A DNA stretch of 16,700 nt, from the NCBI GenBank assembly GCA_030619825.1, contig JAUXAS010000010.1, positions 1 through 16,700 of the forward strand, given 5' to 3'. This DNA comes from Hadesarchaea archaeon (GTDB lineage: Archaea > Hadarchaeota > Hadarchaeia > Hadarchaeales > Hadarchaeaceae). This document shows positions 1 through 6,683 of the stretch, piece by piece. A model generated the notes under the pieces. The model was not told the origin of the DNA. It searched no databases and saw only the letters and a program-made list of their open reading frames with translations. The translations under genes and the position numbers were made by a program. Every line of letters starts with the position of its first letter. Position 1 is the stretch's first letter.

Positions 1-516
1 AACCATCTTTTCAACGGGATGAGGCTCTTTCACCACAGGGAACCGGGGATAATAGGGGCTTGCTTGGTAAGGGATGATGTGTATGCGGAGATGATTGCGG
101 ACATGATACATCTCCATCCAGCCGCCATAAATACGGCGATAAAAGCAAAAGGTCTGGAAAAAACGATCCTCATCACCGACGCCATCGCTACGGTGGGCCT
201 TCCAGACGGAGAGTACGAATTGGGCGGCTTGGAAACAGTTGTCGAAGATGGTATCAGCCGAGTCAAAGCCACCGGAAGGTTGGCTGGTAGCACTTTGACC
301 ATGGACATTGCCATCAAGAATCTGGTCACCAAGCTAAACCTCGACTTGAAAGATGTGGTCGGGATGGCAACATCGAACCCCGCGGATGCTCTGAACTTAT
401 CGGATCGTGGGCGCCTGATTCCGGGTTGCGTTGCTAATGTCACAATTTTTGACCCGGGGCTTAATGTTCTCGCAACTATTGTGAAGGGGAAAGTTCTCTA
501 CGGGGGGGCTTGGTGA
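1..516 (+). CDS. nagA: N-acetylglucosamine-6-phosphate deacetylase, 3' part (5' end outside window)
   Basis: Frame is open from base 1 (NHLFNGM...). NagA motifs HLFNGM, HHREPG, IADxxHLHP, LITDA, LAGSTLTMD and ATSNPA are present. Confidence 0.92.
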   Translation, partial: NHLFNGMRLFHHREPGIIGACLVRDDVYAEMIADMIHLHPAAINTAIKAKGLEKTILITDAIATVGLPDGEYELGGLETVVEDGISRVKATGRLAGSTLTMDIAIKNLVTKLNLDLKDVVGMATSNPADALNLSDRGRLIPGCVANVTIFDPGLNVLATIVKGKVLYGGAW

Positions 517-1067
517 AACTTTTGGGAAGGTTGCTCTCACCGAAAAGTTCAGTGTTGGTTGTAGTTGATGTTCAGGAAAAATTGCTACCATTTATAGCTG
601 ATAAAGAAAGGGTCGTTAAAAACATAGCTAAATTGATCAAGTTTGCGAGGATAATCGGCATGCCAATAGTTTTAACTGAACAGTATCCAAAAGGCTTAGG
701 CTCGACTGTTAAAGAAATCAGAGAATTAACGGCAGGTTTACATCCGATCACCAAATTGCCATTTAGCTGTTTCGGATCCGAGGAATTCAAAGAATCCCTG
801 CGACGACTGGGTGCATCGACACTTGTAATAGTCGGAATAGAAACGCATGTGTGCGTGAATCAGACAGCATTGAACGCATTAGAAAACTATAAAGTCCACG
901 TCATAAGCGATGCCACGTCCTCGCGGACAAAAGAAAACTGGCAAGTAGGGATTGAAAGAATGGCACGTGAAGGTGTAACAATTTCTTCCACAGAGATGCT
1001 AATCTATGAGTTATTAACCGCGGCGGGGACAGAAGAATTTAAGAGATCTTTAAAGCTGATTAAATAA
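513..1067 (+). CDS. Isochorismatase-family cysteine hydrolase (YcaC/ISOC-like)
   Basis: Catalytic triad pattern VVDVQEKL, TKLPFSC and GIETHVCV, plus TEQYPKGLG. GTG at 513 overlaps the nagA stop (GTGA); the ORF track starts at TTG 510. Confidence 0.9.
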   Translation: MKLLGRLLSPKSSVLVVVDVQEKLLPFIADKERVVKNIAKLIKFARIIGMPIVLTEQYPKGLGSTVKEIRELTAGLHPITKLPFSCFGSEEFKESLRRLGASTLVIVGIETHVCVNQTALNALENYKVHVISDATSSRTKENWQVGIERMAREGVTISSTEMLIYELLTAAGTEEFKRSLKLIK

Positions 1068-1103
1068 GTTTAATATATAGTTAGAGACCAAATTTTGTGA
1101 GGT
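1066..1103 (+). promoter_or_regulatory. Putative TATA box (TTTAATATA, 1069-1077) and SD (GAGGT, 1099-1103) for the triple-HTH gene
   Basis: AT-rich box about 35-43 nt upstream of ATG 1112. SD lies 8 nt upstream of the ATG. Confidence 0.55.
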
Positions 1104-1111
1104 AATGATAT

Positions 1112-1567
1112 ATGCCGAGGAAAAAGGTGACCCCCGAAATTGTGGAGGAGATGGGGAGGCTCAGGGGGGAGGGCCTGTCCTACGGGAAGATAGCGGGCAG
1201 GCTCGGACTGAACCCGATGACTGTCTACAACCACCTGCGGAAAAAGCACAAGAGGACGAGGATAACCCCAGAGATCATTGAGAGGATGGTCGATTTAAGA
1301 AAACGAGGGTCTACCTACGGGGAGATATCTAAAGAGCTCGGTGTCGCCTTCCAGACTGTCGCCATACACATGCAAGCGAAAAAAATGGGTGGCAGGAGAA
1401 AAAAGGTGACCGAAGAAGTCCTCGAGGAGATGAAAAACCTCAGAGGGGGGGGAGCGTCCCAAAAGGAAATAGCTGACAAACTGAACCTGTCCCATATGAC
1501 TGTTTCTAGGTATCTGGGGGGCGAGGGGTTCTTCGAGAAGGTAAAGAGGAAGATGGGTCTGGGGTAG
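1112..1567 (+). CDS. Protein with three tandem resolvase/Hin-like helix-turn-helix repeats and a C-terminal amphipathic helix
   Basis: Three ~45-aa repeats of the form (K/R)(V/I)T.E..E.M..LR..G.(S/T)...I...L......TV...(L/M). C-terminus is EGFFEKVKRKMGLG. Good SD. Confidence 0.85.
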   Translation: MPRKKVTPEIVEEMGRLRGEGLSYGKIAGRLGLNPMTVYNHLRKKHKRTRITPEIIERMVDLRKRGSTYGEISKELGVAFQTVAIHMQAKKMGGRRKKVTEEVLEEMKNLRGGGASQKEIADKLNLSHMTVSRYLGGEGFFEKVKRKMGLG

Positions 1568-1603
1568 ATCGTGAGTGTTTTAAGAAAAGCGGGGGGTGAA
1601 GCG

Positions 1604-1954
1604 TTGAAAAAGCTGAAGAAGTGGGAGCCCGTCCACAGGAGGGCAACACAAAACGAAGTCTCCATCGATAAGATAGGCATCGACATATTCGCCTGGGCGG
1701 CCGGGCATTTCAGGGGGCACAAGGGGGCGGACCTGTACGTGGACGACGAAATGAACCTGCTTGGGATAAAGCCGGTCGCGAAGGGGCAGCGGAAGTTGAT
1801 CTCGAAAGCAGAGGGGAGAGGATTTTTCGTCTCCTGCACCTCCCTCATGGGGCAGGCCGGCGTGAACGAAAGGAAGAAGGTCCCGGCCGAGTGGGACGAG
1901 AAGGAGACGATGCTGATCGTCCACCTAAAGGGCCGCAGGGGAAAACCAGCTTAG
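1604..1954 (+). CDS. Small basic protein, predicted tandem AbrB/swapped-hairpin fold (copy 1)
   Basis: ~75% aa identical to 3034-3396. Probable start is TTG 1604 after SD GGGGTGA, the same arrangement as copy 2 (ORF track start is GTG 1571). Two beta-beta-alpha-beta-beta halves by eye; the fold is inference. Confidence 0.75.
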   Translation: MKKLKKWEPVHRRATQNEVSIDKIGIDIFAWAAGHFRGHKGADLYVDDEMNLLGIKPVAKGQRKLISKAEGRGFFVSCTSLMGQAGVNERKKVPAEWDEKETMLIVHLKGRRGKPA

Positions 1955-2032
1955 ATCGGTCTAAGGTAGCCAAGTCGCCGAACTCCGTTTAACCGTTTGA
2001 CGTGGTACGCCCACGCGTTAATTTTATTCATA

Positions 2033-2048
2033 AGTTTCTATAAGTATA
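2033..2048 (+). promoter_or_regulatory. Putative TATA box upstream of tfe
   Basis: AAGTTTCTATAAGTAT lies about 20-30 nt upstream of ATG 2066. Confidence 0.45.
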
Positions 2049-2065
2049 ATTATGGGTGGGATTGG

Positions 2066-2644
2066 ATGGGCAAGAAAGCTGGCCGAGGCAAGAAAGCGGT
2101 CGAGAAGCGCAAAGTCAAGAGGGGACCCAAGCAGAAGCCGCCGGAGGACCCCGTCCTGAGGGGGATAATCGTCGGGATAGCCGGCGAGCGAGGGTACGAG
2201 ATAGCGAAAGAGTTCATGGGGGACGAGATCACCGACGAGGAGGTGGCGAAGAGGCTGGACATCCACGTGAACCTCGTGCGGAAGGTCCTCTACTACCTCT
2301 ACGACAACCGAGTGGCCAGCTACCGCAGGGCCCGGGACGAGGAAAGCGGGTGGTACGTCTATTACTGGCGGATCGAGCCAGAGCGGGCGCTGGAGTACTT
2401 CTACAACAACAAGCGCCTGCTCCTGCAGAAGCTCGAGGAGCGACTCGAGGCGGAGCGGGGCACGATTTTCTTCGGCTGCGGGAACGGAGACCAAAAGCTG
2501 CCATTCGAACTCGCGGCAGAAAATGATTTCAAGTGCCCGCGCTGCGGTGGTAATCTGGAGCCCTACGACAACTCGGGCGTGGTCGCGGCGCTCGAGCACA
2601 AGGTCGAATCGCTCCGACAGCATCTCGTCGGGAAACATGCCTGA
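2066..2644 (+). CDS. tfe: Transcription factor E alpha subunit (archaeal TFIIE-alpha homolog)
   Basis: Winged-helix motifs TDEEVA, VRKVLYYLYD, YRRARDEESGWYVYYW. Zn ribbon FFGCGNG...FELAAENDFKCPRCG and a C-terminal DN..helix. Likely start is ATG 2066 (MGKKAG...). Confidence 0.95.
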   Translation: MGKKAGRGKKAVEKRKVKRGPKQKPPEDPVLRGIIVGIAGERGYEIAKEFMGDEITDEEVAKRLDIHVNLVRKVLYYLYDNRVASYRRARDEESGWYVYYWRIEPERALEYFYNNKRLLLQKLEERLEAERGTIFFGCGNGDQKLPFELAAENDFKCPRCGGNLEPYDNSGVVAALEHKVESLRQHLVGKHA

Positions 2645-2725
2645 ACCCCCCTAGTTAATCCCGCTAAAGCATTGTTTCAGCCCGTGGCCTCACCCGTCTG
2701 TACCCCTCCCCCCTTCGCCCTTCAC

Positions 2726-2973
2726 CCACAAAAAAGCCCACAGGAATCCCCACAGTGGGTGCCCACACATCCCTCGTTTGTGGGACTCCTCTGTGGGGAA
2801 TTTGTGGGCCCCTCTGTGCGGGATTTGTGGGGGGTTTGTGGCCCCAGCAATTTCCCTCTGTGGCGTTTCTGTGGGGAGTTTGTGGCTCCAGCAATTTCCC
2901 TCTGTGGGGATGTTGTGGGAAATTTGTGGCTCCAGCAATTTCCCTCTGTGGCGTTTCTGTGGGGAGTTTGTGG
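2726..2973. repeat. Non-coding array of phased TGTGG/CCACA boxes with a 44-bp higher-order repeat and dyad symmetry
   Basis: CCACA at 2726, 2738, 2750, 2763. TGTGG at 2779, 2792, 2803, (TGTGC 2815), 2826, 2837, 2859, 2870, 2881, 2903, 2914, 2925, 2947, 2958, 2969. Linker CCAGCAATTTCCCTC occurs three times. Confidence 0.95.
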
Positions 2974-3033
2974 GGGGGCGTCTGAGCAATAATATTAAAA
3001 AGCTCTTGGAGAAACAGAAAGAGGGTGGAAGCG

Positions 3034-3396
3034 TTGGGAAAACTCGCGAAAAAGCTGGAGAAGTGGGAGCCCCTTTACAAGGGAGCGGTACAAAACGAGG
3101 TCTCGATCAGCAAAACAGGCGTCGGCATATTCGCTTGGGCCACCGGGCACTTCAAGGAGTACAAGGAGGCTGACCTGTACGTGGACGGCAAAAGGAGCCT
3201 GCTGGGGATAAAGCCGGCCGCGAAGGGTCAGCGGAAATTGAGTTCAAAAGTAGGGGGGGGTGAATTCTTCGTCTCCTGCACCTCGCTCATGAGGCAGGCC
3301 GGCGTGAACGAAAGGAAGAAGGTCCCGGCCGAGTGGGACGAGGAGGAGAAGATGCTGGTCGTCCACCTGAAGGGCCGCAGGGGAAAACCCGCTTAG
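3034..3396 (+). CDS. Small basic protein, predicted tandem AbrB/swapped-hairpin fold (copy 2)
   Basis: Paralog of 1604-1954 with a near-identical 3' DNA segment. SD GAGGGTG precedes TTG 3034 (ORF track start is GTG 3025). Confidence 0.78.
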   Translation: MGKLAKKLEKWEPLYKGAVQNEVSISKTGVGIFAWATGHFKEYKEADLYVDGKRSLLGIKPAAKGQRKLSSKVGGGEFFVSCTSLMRQAGVNERKKVPAEWDEEEKMLVVHLKGRRGKPA

Positions 3397-3447
3397 ATTG
3401 GCGTAGTCAAAGTAAATGATGTGGCGAAAGTCCGTGAGGGTGAGCGA

Positions 3448-3612
3448 ATGACCGGGAGGAACGAGTGCAGCAGGTGCGGGAGGCTGTTCGAGGCGGATGA
3501 GCTGACGCCAGTCATCGGGGCCTACGGACTGTTCGCCGTGTTCTGCAAAGAATGTTTCGAGAAGGAACAGAGCGAGAGGGTGAAGCCAGAAGGTGGGGGG
3601 GTGAGCGGATGA
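3448..3612 (+). CDS. Small CxxC...CxxC zinc-finger protein (54 aa)
   Basis: CSRC...CKEC. SD GAGGGTGA precedes ATG 3448. The stop overlaps the next start (ATGA at 3609-3612). Confidence 0.7.
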   Translation: MTGRNECSRCGRLFEADELTPVIGAYGLFAVFCKECFEKEQSERVKPEGGGVSG

Positions 3613-4094
3613 CCGAGAAGGACGAGCTCGAGAAGTTCGACAGGCCGTTCCACGAGCTCCTTGACGAAATGGCCAAGCAGATAGACCCGAGGGAGAGCAG
3701 GAGGATCACCAGGAGGGGGCTCGGGAAGGTCATCGATGTCGCCATACTGCTCAGGCGCGGCTTCGAGCAGTCGTGGCAGTTCATCGTCGTGATACAGGCG
3801 CTCTTCATATTCCTCGGCCTGTCCCCGCAGGTTAGCGCGGCCTTGGCGCAGCTGGGGATCCACAGCTCCGGGGCAGTGCTGGGGATAATAGCCGTCGCCG
3901 GCATCGCCTTCTTCTTCGCGTTCGGGCTGGCGCTGCTCCTGTACGGGGGGTCCCAGCGCTCGACCTCCCTCGTGAACCAGAAACAGAGCCCCGCCCAGCG
4001 GATGAACTACCAGTACTACAGGGCGATGGCGAGGTGGGCCAAGCGCCAAGAGGAGAGGCTGAAGAGGATAGAGGAGAAGCTTGAGGCGGAGTGA
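3609..4094 (+). CDS. Hypothetical membrane protein with two TM segments and a C-terminal coiled coil
   Basis: Hydrophobic segments WQFIVVIQALFIFLGL and AVLGIIAVAGIAFFFAFGLALLLYGG. Tail QEERLKRIEEKLE. ATGA coupling to the upstream gene; GC-rich third positions. Confidence 0.75.
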   Translation: MTEKDELEKFDRPFHELLDEMAKQIDPRESRRITRRGLGKVIDVAILLRRGFEQSWQFIVVIQALFIFLGLSPQVSAALAQLGIHSSGAVLGIIAVAGIAFFFAFGLALLLYGGSQRSTSLVNQKQSPAQRMNYQYYRAMARWAKRQEERLKRIEEKLEAE

Positions 4095-4106
4095 CCTGAG
4101 GGCTCC

Positions 4107-4790
4107 CTATCGCCTCAATTTGATCGTAAGGTAGGTGGAGTATCTGGTGAATATCATACATAGGAAATTCGAGATTCGCCTAGGGAACGGGTAAATCCCG
4201 CACCCCATGAGCTTTTCCACCTTAAATCCATGGTATCTGGCGAGATCTCTCAGCGCGGTGGACGTGAAGAGTTTGACATGGCCGTGGGTTTTCATCCCGT
4301 ACAAAAAATTGCCTACTTGTACCTTGCTGACATGGTAACCCGGCGGCGTCATCCCCAGATTCATAAATGCCAGATTGTGGAACGATGAAAGATTCGCCGT
4401 CGAAATCACGGCATAGCCCCCAAGTCTTAGAACCCTGTAAACCTCCGAGAAAAATCCGTCCGTGTTGTAGAGGTGCTCTAGGACTTGGTTTGATATGACG
4501 ACATCGAAGAAGCGATCCTCGTAAGGAAACTCTGTATTCGCGTCGTGCACGATCGCCTTGATCCCTTTCCCCCTCACCTTTTCCATCATCGCTCCGTCTA
4601 TGTCCATACCGTGCAATTTCTCCGAGCCGATCGTAGCACCTACCCTGAGGGTGAATGAACCATCGTTGCACCCGATATCCAACACTTCGGCGTTTCTGTC
4701 TCCCTCAAGCAGCGATAGCATCTTGTCTTGATTCTCCATATAATATCTGCTCGCCAGCGGAAAAAACCCACTTTTGTTCCACTCTTTCAT
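4107..4790 (-). CDS. Class I SAM-dependent methyltransferase (type found in glycan clusters)
   Basis: Motif I VLDIGCNDG, GMDID, FDVVISNQVLEHL, RVLRLGG. Confidence 0.9.
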   Translation of the reverse strand: MKEWNKSGFFPLASRYYMENQDKMLSLLEGDRNAEVLDIGCNDGSFTLRVGATIGSEKLHGMDIDGAMMEKVRGKGIKAIVHDANTEFPYEDRFFDVVISNQVLEHLYNTDGFFSEVYRVLRLGGYAVISTANLSSFHNLAFMNLGMTPPGYHVSKVQVGNFLYGMKTHGHVKLFTSTALRDLARYHGFKVEKLMGCGIYPFPRRISNFLCMIFTRYSTYLTIKLRR

Positions 4791-4880
4791 TTAGCCTCTT
4801 CCTAATCGTGTTTTTCGCCCACCGAGGCTTGATGACTTGTTGGCAGATATCCTCAAACGCTTACGCAGATTGTCGAACAT
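4791..4880 (-). CDS. Possible 29-aa micro-ORF (MFDNLRKRLRISANKSSSLGGRKTRLGRG)
   Basis: Fills the intergenic gap exactly. Its ATG is 1 nt after the upstream TAA, and its TAA abuts the methyltransferase ATG. Confidence 0.35.
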   Translation of the reverse strand: MFDNLRKRLRISANKSSSLGGRKTRLGRG

Positions 4881-4881
4881 T

Positions 4882-5691
4882 TTACCTGCCTCTAACAGCT
4901 TTCATCGCCACACGCACGTAATGCCAGAGGAAGTTCGACGCTATTTCCCTTCCCGAAGCCTTCCCGCGCAACCTCGAAGTGTGGGGGAATGACGAGAGAA
5001 AGTTGAACCACCCGGACACTTCTAAAGGGAAAGTAATGCTTTCTTTTCGCTCAAGCCATGCATTTATCCACCTACCCATCCCACACTGCGAGAACTTGGC
5101 CAAAACGCTCTTGGGTACATCGGACTCAATTGCGAGAGTTCGGAGGAAGAGGTATATGGAATCTCTGGTTCCATACTCCGATGAAAGACCGTAGACATGA
5201 TCCCAAGAGAAGCCACACTCGGAGACTAAGTGAGCACAATTCTGAACTTCTTCAAACTTTATCCTCAGGTGGGAAAAAGCATGGGTCACAATGAGGTAGA
5301 ATAAATCACTCGGGGACGGTAGCCAGACCTCTTTCCCCTCGACCTCCGAGCGAACCCTCCTCGACATGATCTCTTTACCGTTCGCGACCTTCCAGCCATC
5401 CCAATTCGCATCAGGGTAGAGGTCGATCTCTGTCCATTTATCCCGCCTGCATATCCTCCTTCTAGGGTGAGTGAGTATTTTGGGAGTTTTGAAAAGCTCC
5501 CCCTTGGAACTGCTAAATCCCTCCCTCTTCAGTAGCTCTAACGCCTTTGCCTCCTCGAGGGGATCGGTTATCATCACGTCCACATCTGTCCGTGGCGGTG
5601 GAATCAACAGCTTGGGGAACACGTACTCGATTCCACGGTCGTTGAAGAGGTCGCTCACCAAGGAGAAAGTTCGGAGCCAGCGGTCGCTCAT
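4882..5691 (-). CDS. Nucleotidyltransferase-family protein (NTP_transf_5-like)
   Basis: DVD motif (RTDVDVMI), third acidic strand EIDLY, and PSxxDLFYLIVTHAFSH helix typical of the family. ATGA overlap with the kinase stop. Confidence 0.7.
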   Translation of the reverse strand: MSDRWLRTFSLVSDLFNDRGIEYVFPKLLIPPPRTDVDVMITDPLEEAKALELLKREGFSSSKGELFKTPKILTHPRRRICRRDKWTEIDLYPDANWDGWKVANGKEIMSRRVRSEVEGKEVWLPSPSDLFYLIVTHAFSHLRIKFEEVQNCAHLVSECGFSWDHVYGLSSEYGTRDSIYLFLRTLAIESDVPKSVLAKFSQCGMGRWINAWLERKESITFPLEVSGWFNFLSSFPHTSRLRGKASGREIASNFLWHYVRVAMKAVRGR

Positions 5692-6677
5692 AACATCTCC
5701 TCTATCATTCGGGGATAGCTTTTGATGCTCGGAGCCCTCAACTCATAGCATTTAGTGCCCTTCATTCCGCGCTCTAGGACTTTCCTTCCCTTCTCTAAAT
5801 AGCTCCAGAGATTCACCCTTACAAGACCCAAGTACAGGTCGCCGTAAGTATAGGGAAAGTTCGGTGGCACCAACACAGGGAATAGCAACTCGCCCATCAT
5901 CCGCCCCTTGGTGGGTCGCTTTGCCTCCTCGTGCTCGGAATATCCACCCAACAGAAAAAATCGGTCGGCCTTGACTCGATCCTCGATAAATTCGGTGGGT
6001 ATCTTCTTGAGTTCGGTACTTTCCCATTTGAGGAACTTCTCCAATAATATAATTAGTAGGCGTGACCTTGGTTTTCGCTTTGGATGGAAGATTTGACCAG
6101 TAAGCGTGTAGGGGGAAATCTTGACCTCCTTCGGGTATGAGTACACCATCCCCTCCTCCCTTAGGATAGTATAATCATCCGCCATGAATCTAAATCGCTC
6201 TCCGAGCAAGGAGAGAACCGTTGAGGTCTTTCCAGAGTCCGGAGTTCCAGTGATTAGAATTCCCCGACCGTCATAACTCACGCACCCTGAGTGGATGAGT
6301 GCATAGCCCTTTTGGATGAGCTTGATGGGCAAAATCCTGAGTATGAGTTCGTCGAGAAACCCTTTTGAGGAAAATCTCCTGAAGTTTTTGGTGAACCTTA
6401 TTCTTGCATTGCCCAGAAGGTCGTCACACATAAGCCTCGCACCTGCGCCATAGTCGATGCACAATTTTGATCCCTCTGTCCAATAGCGGTAGTTGCTCCG
6501 TAGCAACCCGCCTTTTTTTGTTTTGCAAAAACGTAGCTTTCCCTCTGAGATCTCTACATCTGGATTTTCGAACCTCTCCTTCTGCTCGAAATAACTCGGT
6601 ATCGCATGAAGTTTTACGTTCGAGCTTATCCTAATGAGATCGTGAACAGAATAGTAGTGATTCTCCATCTTAACCAA
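5688..6677 (-). CDS. HPr kinase-related P-loop kinase
   Basis: LIHSGCV, Walker A GILITGTPDSGKTS, and FMADD, the HprK C-terminal domain signature. Start is TTG 6677 or ATG 6668. Confidence 0.78.
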   Translation of the reverse strand: MVKMENHYYSVHDLIRISSNVKLHAIPSYFEQKERFENPDVEISEGKLRFCKTKKGGLLRSNYRYWTEGSKLCIDYGAGARLMCDDLLGNARIRFTKNFRRFSSKGFLDELILRILPIKLIQKGYALIHSGCVSYDGRGILITGTPDSGKTSTVLSLLGERFRFMADDYTILREEGMVYSYPKEVKISPYTLTGQIFHPKRKPRSRLLIILLEKFLKWESTELKKIPTEFIEDRVKADRFFLLGGYSEHEEAKRPTKGRMMGELLFPVLVPPNFPYTYGDLYLGLVRVNLWSYLEKGRKVLERGMKGTKCYELRAPSIKSYPRMIEEML

Positions 6678-6683
6678 CCCTTT

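Noticed and set aside
1112..1567. Transposase or resolvase fragment
   Set aside because: Only HTH repeats are present, with no DDE or serine-recombinase catalytic domain, terminal inverted repeats or target-site duplication seen.
2842..2951. Archaeal replication origin (ORB-like CAGAGGGAAAT...CTGG on the - strand)
   Set aside because: Resemblance to ORB boxes is loose, there is no adjacent orc1/cdc6, and the AT-rich patch is only ~20 bp. Not excluded, but not supportable.
2726..2973. CRISPR array
   Set aside because: There are no unique spacers between constant 25-40-bp repeats, the units are contiguous, and no cas genes are in the window.
2664..3173. Several overlapping ORFs on both strands across the TGTGG array
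   Set aside because: The translations are low-complexity and repeat in shifting frames because the 44-bp unit is not a multiple of 3. There is no SD. They are by-products of a stop-poor DNA repeat.
1604..3396. Diversity-generating retroelement TR/VR pair
   Set aside because: Differences between the copies are not adenine-specific, both copies are intact ORFs, and no reverse transcriptase is present.
4107..6677. Lasso peptide biosynthetic cluster
   Set aside because: The kinase and NTase are present, but there is no asparagine-synthetase-like cyclase, transglutaminase-like B protein, RRE or lasso-type precursor in the window.
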